A DNA stretch of 64,000 nt from an uncultured Pseudomonadota bacterium (GCA_963836235.1 CAWIIP010000002.1:864001-928000); one strand, 5' to 3'. Shown: positions 18,535 through 29,612, counted from the stretch's first letter. A program made the numbers and translations. The notes: a model not told the origin generated them from the letters alone.

Positions 18535-21500
18535 ATGACTTTATCCGACGTCTCCATTAAGAACCCCGTCTTCGCCTGGATGCTCATGTTCGGGCTCATC
18601 CTCTTTGGAATCGTCTGCTTTACCCGTATGGGTGTCTCCCAACTGCCCGACGTGGATTTTCCGGTGGTGAACGTCTCCATCACCCTGCCCAACGCCTCTC
18701 CCCAAATCATGGAGTCCGACGTGGCTGATCCCGTGGAGGATTCGGTTTTGGGCGTGGAAGGGGTCCAGGACGTCCAGACCACCTGCACCGAGGGAAACGT
18801 CAGTATCTCGGTGTTTCTCGACATCAGCCGAAACGTCGATGTGGCCGTTCAGGACGTGCAGACCGCCGTCTTCCAGGTGCAAAAATCCCTCCCGACGAAC
18901 ATCTATCCCCCCATCATCAAGAAGCAGAATCCCAACGCCTCCCCCATCATTTGGTTCGCCGTGACGGCGGACCCGCCCCTGACCCTGAGAGACCTCATGC
19001 TTTACACCCGCGACTACCTAAAGGACCGCTTCACCAGCCTTAACGGCGTGGCCAGCGTCAATTTGGGTGGCTTCATCAACCGCCAGGTCAATATCTGGGT
19101 GGATAACAATAAATTGACCGCCCGTCAGTTGACCGCAGACGATATCGTCAACACCATCAATACCCAGCACGCCGAAGTGCCGGCGGGCTTCATGGAAACC
19201 CCCTTGACCCAATATGACGTCCGCTCCATGGGGGAGGCCTATACGGTTAAGGCTTTCGAGGATCTTCCTATTCTTTCCCGTGGCGGCACGCCCAACTATA
19301 TCCTCACTAAAATAAAGGACGTGGCCACCGTCGAGGACGGTTTGGCGACCGTTACCCGTATTTCGCGCTTCAATGGCATTCCCTCCTGCGGGATGGGGCT
19401 GGTGATGCAGGACGGTTATAACGCCGTCGATGTGGCCAACGCCGCCAAAGCCCGTTTGGCGGAAGTCATCAAGGAAATGCCCAAGGGCTACCACATGTCG
19501 GTCAATTTCGACACCACCACTTCCATTAAAGATAACGTCCATGAATTGGAACTGACCATCCTCCTGGCTGCTATCCTTACCGCCTTGGTTTGTTACCTGT
19601 TCCTGGGCAGCTGGTCCTCCACTTTCAACGTCTTTTTGGCTATCCCCACTTCATTGTTCGGGACCTTCATCGTTATGTACTTCTTCAACTTTACCCTTAA
19701 TACCTTCACTCTCCTGGCCCTGTCCCTTTCCATTGGCGTGGTGGTGGATGACGCCATCATGGTCTTGGAAAACATAGTACGGCACCAGGAGCATGGAGAA
19801 AACATGGTAGAGGCGGCCTTGAAGGGCGCCCGGGAAATCACCTTCGCCGCCGTGGCCACCTCCACGGCCATCGTGGCTATCTTCCTTCCCCTCGCCTTCA
19901 TGCAGGGAATCATCGGCAAGTTCATGTTTCAATTCGGCGTCACCATCACGGGGGCCGTGCTGATTTCCCTGTTGGAAGCCGTCACCCTGACCCCCATGCG
20001 CTGTTCCCAGTTCGTGCATATGGCCGACGAAACCAAGGGCTTCAGCCATGTGGTGAAAGTCCAGTTTGACCGTTTGTCCGCCTTTTATTCCAAGGTCCTG
20101 GATTGGTGCCTCTGGTACCGCACCGACCTGCTGGCGGCCCAGGCGAAATCGGGTCACCTGCCCTTTTTTAAATCCATGGTTTCTCTCTTTTTCTTCACCA
20201 GTCCCAAACAGCTTCAAGTGGAGGTCCAGGAGGAAACCAAGAATCCCCAATATTCCCTGGTTCCCCTCTTTTGGTTCGTTTCCGGCCTTATCGTTTTGTT
20301 CGGCCTGAAAAGCTGGAACCTTCGGGCCTTCGAAATCGGGGGAGGCTTGTTTCTTTTGGTTGTCTTGGCCCACTTGTGGAAAGAGCGCCATTTCCTCTTC
20401 GCCCACTTGCTTTACGACCACCGTTGGTGGGTGGTTTTCGGAGCCGTTGCTGTCTTCGCGGGTTCCATGAGCCTCTCAAAAATTATCAAGAAAGAAATGG
20501 TTCCCTCCACGGACCAAAGCGTCTTTCTATTGAATTTACAGCTTCCCGTGGATTATTCCATTTTCCGGACCGACGATATTGTTAAACAATGCGAGACCCT
20601 CCTGAGTAAACGAGGGGAAATCAAGAACCTTTATGTAGCCGTCGGGGGATTCGGGGGCAACGCTTCTAACACCGCCATCATGTTCATCACGATGAAAAAC
20701 GAGAAGGACAGGCCGGTGGCTTCCTGGGACGAAAAATTCAAGCCTTCGGGGCCCTTGGGCTTTATCACCAACATCTACCGGAAATTCGCGACCCCCCGCC
20801 TCACCCAAGCTGAATTTATGCAGGTCTGCCGGAAGACCCTAAAGACCGTGTCACCCGATCTTCAGGTTTTCCTTCTCGATCTCTCCCAACGCGGCCTTTC
20901 GACCGGAAAAGGCTATGCCGCCGAATTCATTGTGACGGGTCCCGATTGGGACAAACTGGCCGGTTATGCCACGGAAATCATGAAGCGCATGAGGGCCAGT
21001 TCCAAACTGGCCGACGTGAACAACAATTACCTGTCCGGCGAGCCCGAAATACAAGTCATCCCCGATCGTGCCAAGGCCGCCGCGCGTGGAGTGGACATTG
21101 CCGATTTGGGAAACGTCCTTGGCACCCTTGTCGGGGGCTTCACCTCCCAAACGGCCTATTACCACGAAAACGGGCATGAGAACAGCATCTTCATCCGGAT
21201 GCCCAAGGACCAGCGCTTGAAGCCGGATGACATCAAAAAAATCTACACGCGCAACAACCGGGGGGAAATCGTGCCGATCACCGACGTGACCACGATCCAA
21301 CAGTTTCCTTCCCTCCAGCAAATCACCCGGGATAACCGTCAGCGCGCCATTTTTTTCCAGGCTAACGCCGCCCCCGGCTCGTCCGCCCAGCAGGCCCTGG
21401 ATGAAGCCATCAAAATTTCGGGCGATGTCCTGCCGGACGGTTACCAGGCCATTTTGACGGGTACGTCCCAAAACAACTCCCAGACGGGAAGCCAGCTCAT

Positions 21501-22065
21501 CATTACGATGGTCTTGGGGGTCGTCGTGGCCTATATGATCCTGGCCAGCCAGTTCAATAGCTTCCTTCATCCCTTTGTCGTACTGCTAGCCCTGCCCTTT
21601 TCCATCACCGGGGCTTTCGGAGGCTTATGGCTCTTCAACCAATCCTTGAACATGTACAGCCTGATCGGGCTCATCCTTCTTTTAGGGCTGGTTAAAAAAA
21701 ATTCCATTATGATCGTGGACTTCACCAACCAAGCCCGGGCCCGGGGATCCTCCCTTCATGACGCGCTGATGTACGCCTGCCCGGTGCGTTTGCGGCCCAT
21801 CCTGATGACCTCCTTCGCCACCGTGGCCGGCGCCATACCGGCGGCCGTGGCCCTAGGTCCGGGCGCCGAGCTGCGGCAGCCCATGGCGGTGGCCATTATC
21901 GGCGGCATTCTGGTATCCACCCTGCTGACCCTGATCGTGGTGCCCTGCGCCTATAGCATCATGGAGGGATGGGAAAGACCCGACGCTTACGAATTCGATA
22001 TCGATGCCAAGGGGCAGGTGATGGTCAGGAACAAAAAATCGGTCGGTAAAACAAAACGCGCCTAA
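18535..22065 (+). CDS. RND efflux transporter permease (AcrB/AcrD/AcrF family)
   Basis: PDVDFPVV, GVVVDDAIMVLENI, GLVKKNSIMIVDF, RLRPILMTS motifs. Confidence 0.97.
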   Translation: MTLSDVSIKNPVFAWMLMFGLILFGIVCFTRMGVSQLPDVDFPVVNVSITLPNASPQIMESDVADPVEDSVLGVEGVQDVQTTCTEGNVSISVFLDISRNVDVAVQDVQTAVFQVQKSLPTNIYPPIIKKQNPNASPIIWFAVTADPPLTLRDLMLYTRDYLKDRFTSLNGVASVNLGGFINRQVNIWVDNNKLTARQLTADDIVNTINTQHAEVPAGFMETPLTQYDVRSMGEAYTVKAFEDLPILSRGGTPNYILTKIKDVATVEDGLATVTRISRFNGIPSCGMGLVMQDGYNAVDVANAAKARLAEVIKEMPKGYHMSVNFDTTTSIKDNVHELELTILLAAILTALVCYLFLGSWSSTFNVFLAIPTSLFGTFIVMYFFNFTLNTFTLLALSLSIGVVVDDAIMVLENIVRHQEHGENMVEAALKGAREITFAAVATSTAIVAIFLPLAFMQGIIGKFMFQFGVTITGAVLISLLEAVTLTPMRCSQFVHMADETKGFSHVVKVQFDRLSAFYSKVLDWCLWYRTDLLAAQAKSGHLPFFKSMVSLFFFTSPKQLQVEVQEETKNPQYSLVPLFWFVSGLIVLFGLKSWNLRAFEIGGGLFLLVVLAHLWKERHFLFAHLLYDHRWWVVFGAVAVFAGSMSLSKIIKKEMVPSTDQSVFLLNLQLPVDYSIFRTDDIVKQCETLLSKRGEIKNLYVAVGGFGGNASNTAIMFITMKNEKDRPVASWDEKFKPSGPLGFITNIYRKFATPRLTQAEFMQVCRKTLKTVSPDLQVFLLDLSQRGLSTGKGYAAEFIVTGPDWDKLAGYATEIMKRMRASSKLADVNNNYLSGEPEIQVIPDRAKAAARGVDIADLGNVLGTLVGGFTSQTAYYHENGHENSIFIRMPKDQRLKPDDIKKIYTRNNRGEIVPITDVTTIQQFPSLQQITRDNRQRAIFFQANAAPGSSAQQALDEAIKISGDVLPDGYQAILTGTSQNNSQTGSQLIITMVLGVVVAYMILASQFNSFLHPFVVLLALPFSITGAFGGLWLFNQSLNMYSLIGLILLLGLVKKNSIMIVDFTNQARARGSSLHDALMYACPVRLRPILMTSFATVAGAIPAAVALGPGAELRQPMAVAIIGGILVSTLLTLIVVPCAYSIMEGWERPDAYEFDIDAKGQVMVRNKKSVGKTKRA

Positions 22066-22108
22066 AATTCCATTCTTTTCCCTGGCCGAACCCGGAGGAA
22101 TTGATCCT

Positions 22109-23128
22109 ATGAAAAAAGAAAAAATAATACAGAAAATCCTGGTCCTCGTCCTTTTTCTGGGCAGTTGGGGAGAATTGTTCTTCAAACCTTCTCCAGCCCA
22201 GGGAGGTATTCTGTCCTTTTCCAAACCTGAGCACCTGGCGACAATTCCCTGGGGAGATGGTTCCAACCACGGCGTGCCCTCAACCGGGCCCGAATGGCTG
22301 GTGGTGGATGGTCACGGCCGCTTTTATTTGGAATCCGGCCTGGATTTCGACCTCTACGCCCCCAACGGCAAATACCTGACGACCCTCAACCCCATCGACA
22401 AGTCGAAAAACTTTTACGGTTTCACCGCGATGGAAACCCTACCTGATAGTTCGGTTGCCCTTTTGGTGCGTTTGGAGAGCCCCCAGGAACAGTGGGGCAA
22501 GGACGACTATGAGGAACACACCAAGCCCGGTTCGCGGTTGGTCGTCTTGAAGGACGATGGGCAAGTTCCAGTGGACAAGGAAGTGGTGGACCCGGGCCAG
22601 CCCCATTCCAACTATTACCTGGAAAACGGGGTTGTTTACAGCGTACGGGATGACGGCACTTACCAAATCCTCGACTCACTTGGCCCAGACTCGCCCAAGG
22701 ACCGCGATTTCGCAAGCTTCGCCGCTATCGGCTACAACCTGGACCGCTGGTTGGACCACCTGAAAAAACTGCCAGTTTTTGAGTCCGGGAACAAGAGCTA
22801 CCATGACGCCAAGGGCGCCGTTCACGAGATCAAGGGGGCGGCTTCTTCCCTCATGGGCCGGCCCTTCGTGGAAGGATTGGGGACCCTGGCGGAGCGCAAC
22901 GGCACCCTCTATTACCAGATCGTTTGCGACAAAAACCAGGACTTCATCAACTCGGTCTTCGTGGAGGATTTCAAGAGGAAGGCCTACGGCCTAGTGGAAC
23001 TCTTCCATTCGGACGAAGACCTGGACATGGCCCACGGGCACACGGTTTTCGTGGACTCAAAAGGGGATATCTTCGAAGGGGTGGGCAAAAAGGAAGGCTA
23101 CCGGATTTACGAATGGAAACGTCAATAA
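22109..23128 (+). CDS. Secreted hypothetical protein (beta-rich)
   Basis: GGAGG RBS; signal peptide; VDGHGRFYL / VDSKGDIF propeller-like blades. Confidence 0.7.
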   Translation: MKKEKIIQKILVLVLFLGSWGELFFKPSPAQGGILSFSKPEHLATIPWGDGSNHGVPSTGPEWLVVDGHGRFYLESGLDFDLYAPNGKYLTTLNPIDKSKNFYGFTAMETLPDSSVALLVRLESPQEQWGKDDYEEHTKPGSRLVVLKDDGQVPVDKEVVDPGQPHSNYYLENGVVYSVRDDGTYQILDSLGPDSPKDRDFASFAAIGYNLDRWLDHLKKLPVFESGNKSYHDAKGAVHEIKGAASSLMGRPFVEGLGTLAERNGTLYYQIVCDKNQDFINSVFVEDFKRKAYGLVELFHSDEDLDMAHGHTVFVDSKGDIFEGVGKKEGYRIYEWKRQ

Positions 23129-23149
23129 ACCCTAGGTTTGACGGAAATT

Positions 23150-23512
23150 TTAATGGTCTTGCTTCTCTTGATCCATTTTATCCGTTTCCGTGTCATCGTC
23201 CGCGTCCTGATCATCCTTAAACTTGGAATTGGATTGGCCGTCTAAGTCGGTCGCAGTATCTTCATAGGTATCGTCTGAGTCGTCCTTGAACTTGCTTTTT
23301 TCGGTGCCATCATCGCTTTTATCGTCATCTAGACCCAAGTCCCAATCCAAGTCATTGTTGGAATCCCGATCCTGCGCTTTTTCCTCATTCTGATTTGAAT
23401 CAGTGGAGTCTGTTGCCTCGGCCCAAAGTCTGGGAGCACCCCACCTTGATCCGCAAAGAAAAATGATAAGAAATAAAACCAATAGCTTTCGCGCGAAAGA
23501 AATTCTAAGCAT
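23150..23512 (-). CDS. Small secreted Asp-rich hypothetical protein
   Basis: Signal peptide; acidic low-complexity body with repeated SKFKDD; start overlaps pth stop. Confidence 0.65.
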   Translation of the reverse strand: MLRISFARKLLVLFLIIFLCGSRWGAPRLWAEATDSTDSNQNEEKAQDRDSNNDLDWDLGLDDDKSDDGTEKSKFKDDSDDTYEDTATDLDGQSNSKFKDDQDADDDTETDKMDQEKQDH

Positions 23513-24080
23513 CTTTATTTAACTCCCGCATGGCGGCTACCGAGCCCTTGAGAATGAAAGTTTCAATCCCATCTCTGGATCGCTCAATAGCTTGTTCAAT
23601 CTTGGGCTTTTCGTCCGGCGTAAAAGAGGATAACACATGATGTGCTCCCTCCTCGGCGGAAGACGGCTTGCTGACGCCGATTCGAAGCCTGGAAAAGTCG
23701 GAGCTTTGCAAATGGGCGATCAGGGAATCCAACCCGTGGTGCCCCCCGGACCCGCCGGAGGTCCTCAAACGGATTTTCCCCACGGGTAAATCCAGGTCAT
23801 CGGAGACCACCAGCATTTTTTCCAAGGGTATATTTCGGTACCTGAGGAAGGGGGCGACCGCCCGGCCCGACTCGTTCATGAAAGTCTGGGTAAAAAAGAG
23901 ATGGACTTCCCGCTCTTCGAGCGTAAAGCTCCCCCAAATCGCCTCGTCCTTTTCCCTTAGCTTGACGTTATGTTTAAGGACAAGTGCTTCCACCACCCGG
24001 AAGCCCACATTGTGGCGGGTAAACCGGTAGTTTTCCCCCGGATTGCCCAGGCCGACAATCATCCAGGTTTCAACAGCCAT
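23505..24080 (-). CDS. pth: Peptidyl-tRNA hydrolase
   Basis: IVGLGNPG..Y..TRHNVGF, TFMNESG, DDLDL, GGSGGHHG. Confidence 0.97.
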   Translation of the reverse strand: MAVETWMIVGLGNPGENYRFTRHNVGFRVVEALVLKHNVKLREKDEAIWGSFTLEEREVHLFFTQTFMNESGRAVAPFLRYRNIPLEKMLVVSDDLDLPVGKIRLRTSGGSGGHHGLDSLIAHLQSSDFSRLRIGVSKPSSAEEGAHHVLSSFTPDEKPKIEQAIERSRDGIETFILKGSVAAMRELNKDA

Positions 24081-24135
24081 GTCGCTCTCGTTTAAGGCGG
24101 GATAATAAAAACGGTGTTGCCATAAAAAGGCCTCG

Positions 24136-24172
24136 AAAAAAAAGAAGCCACCCAGGGTAACCCCTGGATGGC
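24136..24172 (-). terminator. Probable Rho-independent terminator after rplY
   Basis: GCCACCCAGGG/CCCTGGATGGC stem plus T-tract on the minus strand. Confidence 0.65.
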
Positions 24173-24196
24173 CCCAAAACGTTTTGAAGTTCCGGC

Positions 24197-24949
24197 TTAC
24201 TTCTTGTCGGCCTTGGCCGCGGGGGCGGCCTTTGCGTCGGCCTTGCCGGCAGGCGCCTTGGCATCGGCGGCGGCGCCCTCTTCCTTCTTTTTGGCTGTAA
24301 GGACTTCGGGCTCTCCAGCGGCAGCGGCACCCTCAACAGGAACGGTACCTTCAGCGACAGCGGCCTTAACTTCTTCCGCCATTTGCTGGGCCACGGAGAC
24401 GACGACGTTCTTGGCGGCCTGAACGGCTTTAACGCCTTCCGGCAGCTTCAGGTCGGAAACGTGCACCGAATGGCCGACGGCTAAGTGAAGGGCGTCAACT
24501 TGGATGGCATCCGGAATCTGTCCCGGCAAGCATTGGACTTCCAGTGTACGCATAAAGAGCTGCAAAACCCCGCCCAACTTGACGCCTTCGCAAGTATCGG
24601 CGTTGAGCACACGGATGGGGATCTTGATACGAATCTTTTCCTTCATGTTCACCTTATGGAAATCGGCGTGAAGGATCGAGTTGTTTATTTTATGGACCTG
24701 GACTTCCTTAATGACGGCCAAAAGAGGCTCGCCGCTCTTGGCTCCCTCGATATTCAGCGCGAAGAAAATATTATCTCCCTTGGCGGAGGAAAGGATTTTC
24801 GTCAGTTCCTTCTCAGGGACCTCAATGGATTGGTTAGGTTCTTTATGCCCGTAGACTTCCGCGGGAACGAACCCGCTTGAGCGCAGGCGGCGGGTGCGGC
24901 TGCTGCCCCGGACGGTCCTGATTTTAGCGGCTAAGGGTACTTGTTTCAT
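24197..24949 (-). CDS. rplY: 50S ribosomal protein L25/general stress protein Ctc
   Basis: RRLR..G.VPAEVYG, HADF, GVK.GG, IP..I.VD; synteny prs-rplY-pth. Confidence 0.96.
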   Translation of the reverse strand: MKQVPLAAKIRTVRGSSRTRRLRSSGFVPAEVYGHKEPNQSIEVPEKELTKILSSAKGDNIFFALNIEGAKSGEPLLAVIKEVQVHKINNSILHADFHKVNMKEKIRIKIPIRVLNADTCEGVKLGGVLQLFMRTLEVQCLPGQIPDAIQVDALHLAVGHSVHVSDLKLPEGVKAVQAAKNVVVSVAQQMAEEVKAAVAEGTVPVEGAAAAGEPEVLTAKKKEEGAAADAKAPAGKADAKAAPAAKADKK

Positions 24950-25025
24950 GTCTTCCCAGCTCCTTCTTGGGGCGTAACCACGGACGGCAGGCAGTCACGG
25001 AATCCAAGTTCTTGTTTTAATTTGG

Positions 25026-25991
25026 TTAGATCACATCGTTGAACAACGAACTGATCGACTCTTCGTTGTGGATTCGTATGATCGCTTCCCCGAAAAGGGG
25101 AGCCACTGGGAGGACGGTTATCTTGCTGATCCGCTTCTCCCGGGGGATAGGAATAGTATCCGTTACCACCACTTCTTTCAAGACCGATTTTTCCAGTTTT
25201 TCCATGGCATTTCCCGATAAAACCGCGTGGGTGCAGGAAGCGTAAATATCCTTAGCGCCAAACCTCACGAGAGCGTTGACGGCCTCCACCAGCGACCCTC
25301 CGGTGGCGATCATATCGTCGGGTACCAGGACGGTCCGTCCCTTTACCTCTCCAATGAGGTTCATGGCTTCCACCTCGTTGGGGCCGCTGCGGCGCTTGTC
25401 CACGATGGCGAGGTCAGCGTTCAGGCCCTTGGCATAGGCGCGGGCCATCTTGATGCCGCCCACGTCGGGCGAAACCACCGTCAGGTTCTTCAGTTTCTTC
25501 TGGCGGAAATAGTTTGCGATAACCGGAAAAGCGTAAAGATGGTCTACGGGGATATCGAAGAAACCCTGGATCTGCTGGGCATGCAAATCCATGGTCAAGG
25601 CCCGATCGGCTCCGGCCTGGGTGATGATATTGGCGACCAGTTTAGCCGTAATCGGAACGCGGGGCTGGTCCTTACGGTCCTGCCGGGCGTATCCGTAATA
25701 AGGAAGAACGGCCGTCACGCGGCGCGCGCTTGCCCGCCAGAAAGCGTCCAGCATGATCAGAAGTTCCATGACATTGTCATTCACCGGGGGGCAGGTAGGC
25801 TGGATGATGAAGATATCCCTGCCGCGAACGTCCTCGTTGATCTTGACGCGAATTTCACCTTCGGAAAAACGGCTGACCATGATATCGCCCAGCGGCACCT
25901 TGAGGGACTTGGCGATATTCTTCGCCAAGTCGGGATTTGCCGTTCCACTGAAAATTTTCAACCCGTTTGGACCCGCGACTCTGGGACTCAT
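25026..25991 (-). CDS. prs: Ribose-phosphate pyrophosphokinase
   Basis: YYGYARQDRK, DLHAQQIQGFFDIPVD, VSPDVGG, DDMIATGGS. Confidence 0.98.
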   Translation of the reverse strand: MSPRVAGPNGLKIFSGTANPDLAKNIAKSLKVPLGDIMVSRFSEGEIRVKINEDVRGRDIFIIQPTCPPVNDNVMELLIMLDAFWRASARRVTAVLPYYGYARQDRKDQPRVPITAKLVANIITQAGADRALTMDLHAQQIQGFFDIPVDHLYAFPVIANYFRQKKLKNLTVVSPDVGGIKMARAYAKGLNADLAIVDKRRSGPNEVEAMNLIGEVKGRTVLVPDDMIATGGSLVEAVNALVRFGAKDIYASCTHAVLSGNAMEKLEKSVLKEVVVTDTIPIPREKRISKITVLPVAPLFGEAIIRIHNEESISSLFNDVI

Positions 25992-26098
25992 GGAAGCTCC
26001 TTAAAAATGTCTCCGAGGCGAAGAAAAGCGTCGTGGGAAGGCCCAATCATAAAAGACGGAGCGTGAAAGACAAAGCTTAAAAAAAGGGGAATGTTTTA

Positions 26099-27442
26099 TT
26101 ATTTCCGCTTCATGGGACGAGCGGGCACACCCACAACCGTCATTCCTGCGGGGACATCCTGGGTGACAACCGATCCGGCTCCAACGACCGCTCTCGGGCC
26201 GATTTTGATGGGCGCGACCAGGGTGGAATTGCTCCCGAGGAAAACTTGGTCTCCCACCTGGCATTCATGCTTATGCTTGCCATCGTAATTTGCGAAAACA
26301 CAACCCGCGCCGACATTGACATCCTTTCCCAGTTTGGCGTCCCCTACGTAGGCAAAGTGGCCCACTTTGCCTCCGCTGCCGATACGGACGTTTTTGATCT
26401 CGGTATTGGTTCCCACATGGACGTCCTTGTCCAGGACACAGCCTCCCCGGACATGGGCAAAGGGCCCCGCGTCGCACCCATCCCCCAAATGGCTGTCTAA
26501 AATACGGGAAGCCCGGACGATAACTTTCGAACCCAGCCGGGCAGATTGAAGGACGCTTCCCGACTCCACCTTGCAGTCCTCTCCTAATACCGTGGAACCC
26601 AGCAGTTGGACATTTCCTTCAATCACGGTGTCTCGACCAATCACTACTTTTGGACCCACTTCCACCGTCTTAGGATTCGAAAAAGTGACGCCGTCGCGTT
26701 GGTGTTCCACGACCCTGCGGAGGTTCCAAAGGCGGTGCGCTTGGGCCAGTTGGCTCCGGTTATTGACTCCGAGGACTTCGGAACGGTCCGGAACCATGAG
26801 AGCGTGGACCTTTCCACCCTGGGTCAAAATCCGTTGGATAGTATCGGGCAGATAAATTTCCTTGTTCTCGCTTTTGGGCTTCAGGTTTTTCAAGGCCGGT
26901 CCCAAAGACTGGGATTTAAAGAAGTAAACGCCCCCGTTGATTTCGTTCAACCGTCTTTCCTCTTCGGTCGCGTCTTTCTCCTCCACGATTTTTTCCACTT
27001 CCCCTCCCCGTCCCCGCACAATACGGCCATAACCGAAGGGCTCGTCCACTCGGGCGGTTAAGAGGGTGGCTTCGGCCTTTTGAAGAAGATGAAATTGCCT
27101 AAGGGCAAGAACAGTTTGGGGCCGCACCAGACAGGCATCAGCATAAAGAATGAGGACATGGCCCCTGAAGGATTTTAAGAAGGGTAATACCTGTTCGACC
27201 GCGTGGCCGGTGCCGAGCCTCTTCTTTTGAAAAATGGGAATGGCTCTTTTGTCCAGATATTCGGCGACTTCCCGGGACCCCACCACCCCATAAATTTTGG
27301 AAGGAGAAAGGGCTTCGGCATTTTGGAGGGCGTAATCGATCATCGGCTGGCCCGCCACCGGATGGAGAACCTTGGGGGTTTTGGAGTTCATGCGGGTGCT
27401 GTCTCCCGCCGCTAAAATGATCGCTACCAAAGGAATAGCCAC
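26099..27442 (-). CDS. glmU: Bifunctional UDP-GlcNAc pyrophosphorylase/glucosamine-1-P acetyltransferase
   Basis: ILAAG..TRMNS..PKVLH, LGTGHAV, YGRIVR, hexapeptide repeats, NYDG. Confidence 0.97.
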   Translation of the reverse strand: MAIPLVAIILAAGDSTRMNSKTPKVLHPVAGQPMIDYALQNAEALSPSKIYGVVGSREVAEYLDKRAIPIFQKKRLGTGHAVEQVLPFLKSFRGHVLILYADACLVRPQTVLALRQFHLLQKAEATLLTARVDEPFGYGRIVRGRGGEVEKIVEEKDATEEERRLNEINGGVYFFKSQSLGPALKNLKPKSENKEIYLPDTIQRILTQGGKVHALMVPDRSEVLGVNNRSQLAQAHRLWNLRRVVEHQRDGVTFSNPKTVEVGPKVVIGRDTVIEGNVQLLGSTVLGEDCKVESGSVLQSARLGSKVIVRASRILDSHLGDGCDAGPFAHVRGGCVLDKDVHVGTNTEIKNVRIGSGGKVGHFAYVGDAKLGKDVNVGAGCVFANYDGKHKHECQVGDQVFLGSNSTLVAPIKIGPRAVVGAGSVVTQDVPAGMTVVGVPARPMKRK

Positions 27443-27520
27443 CCAATCCCTCCCGGTGATCGCTTCAAGAATCGGTCCTTATGATAATCGAGAAAACCTT
27501 ATCCAAGGACGATAAAAGAA

Positions 27521-29612
27521 TCAGGTTCCGGCTTGGAAAAACCCCAGAAGATTGGAGACTGGCGCCCTTCTAACAGCGGGTTGGAAACGCAAAAGATAGA
27601 TTCCACTCCCACCCTTGAGGACCAGGGGATCGGTCCAACGCTGGATAAAGTGGTCAAGTTTTTCCACCTCTTGGGCGTGAAGATTAGAAAAAGCCCCTTG
27701 CCCATAAATGCGTTTTCCTTCCTCGCCGGATACCACCAGGGCGTCTATCCCCATTTCATGCAGTCTTTTCCCAATACCATCCCCATCCATTTCCTGCCTC
27801 GCCAGCTTCGGCAAAACCTGTTCGTCAAAAACGCTGTTGGTATAAAAGGGAAGGGGATAATAAAGGCCCCGGGCATCCCCCACCACCAACACTTGATCCC
27901 CCGGCGGCAAAAGCTTCCCGGCCAATTGAGCGAGGCCGAAATAAGAGGATGTCTGCGGGGCCTGGCTAAGATATTCCGAACGCGTCTGTTCCCCGAACCA
28001 AACCTTGTCGCTATGGTAATAATTAACGCTTAATCGGCAGAGGGAAAGAAAGCTAGCGAGGCCAAAGACTAGCGCCGCCCAGGCCCCTATCGAAACCAGC
28101 TTTTCCTTTTTGAGTTCCCCTAAAACCAACCCGAAGGCGCTCAAGACTGTCACAAAGACGGGAATCATCAGCCTTAATTGATGGGAGACGAGGAACCCCA
28201 GCACCAGCCACAAACCGCTGAGAACCAACATGAACTGGGTGACAGGTTTTCGGTCGCCCTTCAAAAAAAGAAAAGGAATAAATCCAAAGATCAAAGGAGC
28301 TATCGTTTTGTCCAAATCTTTGGATAGCACTTGGAACAGCCAGGTTCCTAGTGAGAAATTCCCGTTCAAAACCGCTTCGTGATCTCCCATCAGCGCACCC
28401 ATGTTTTCAGTGGGAAAGGGACGAGCCGCCAAACAACGAGGAAAGATAGGGATAAAAGGGGTTCACCGTATAAGCGACATTTCTTAAAAGCCAAGGAACA
28501 AGGGAAAGTATTCCAAGGGATAACATCCATAACCATCCCCCGATTCTTTTGCCCTTCCAAAGGCCATCGAAGAAAAATAAGGAGATCAGTCCCCCTAAAA
28601 GAACACCAAGGATCGCGGTGTACTTAACCGTCAACGCGGCCCCTCCCAAAAGCCCCGCCGCCGCCGCCCAAGCCAGGGAGGGTTTTTCCCGGGCCCAACG
28701 GACTAAGGCGTAAAAGAAGAGAATTAAAAAAAAGGCCAGCAATAGGTCGTTCTGCGTGGTCCAAACGGTGGCCGAAACCAAAGGAAGGGTCAAAACCATG
28801 GCCCCCGTAAGCCATCCGCATTCCAGATTTGTTTCCTCCGCTACCCAGCCCGCGGCGGCCAAGCCGCAGAGATCCGCGGCAAAAGTGTTTAACAGCTTGG
28901 CGGCTTCGCTTCCCCCGAAAATAAAGCCGTTGAAAAAGTAAAGTTCCCCGCCGAAAGGATAATAGGAATAAAGATTGGTGTAAAAATCGGCGATGCCATG
29001 GTGGTACCGCCAAAACTCGAGAGTAGAAAGATGGTAAACCAAAGCGTCAAAGTAAACGTCGGGAACCGCCCCTTGAAGAAGAGCCAAAAGGAAGCAAGCC
29101 ATTCCCAATCCACCCAAGGCCAAAGTAAGCCTGCCGGGGGGGCGAAGCCGGGGAAGTCTTTGGATCTTCATAAAGCCTTGGAAAAAATCCAAGAGAGCCC
29201 ATCCCAAAAGGGCTAAAGCCAGGAAACCTAAAAGAAGGGGCCACCAAAGGCCGTTGAGCCCCAAACCTAACCACAAGCCATTGAGAAGAAGTATCCCGAA
29301 AGCCATCTCCACGCAAAAACGGATAGGGTTATGGGTGATAGCCAATCCCAACCACCCCACCAACTTCCGTCCCGCGCGCCAAAGAATGAAGGCCGCCCCC
29401 AGGGCCATCCCGATCGTCTTGAGGAAGTGGAACCCATTAGCCGCCATCTTGGCTAGGCTCGCCTGGTTAAAACCCGCCAGAACCTTGGAAACAAATGAAA
29501 AGTCAGAGATCGAAGCCCAAGAAAAATAATGGGCGAATACCAAAAAGAACCAAACCATAAACGCGCCACAAAGGAGCCTTTGGGACATCGTTATTTTGGT
29601 AGGGATTGTCAT
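27521..29612 (-). pseudogene. Polytopic GT-C/ArnT-like membrane glycosyltransferase split by a 1-nt frameshift near 28415
   Basis: ORFs 28407..29612 (DALVYHL, KYTA, PWLLRN...NPFYP) and 27521..28432 overlap and read as one protein if one base is removed in CCCTTTCCC. Confidence 0.7.

Noticed and set aside
24950-25025. Possible L25 autoregulatory leader RNA before rplY
   Set aside because: Some pairing potential, but no structure or family match can be supported by eye
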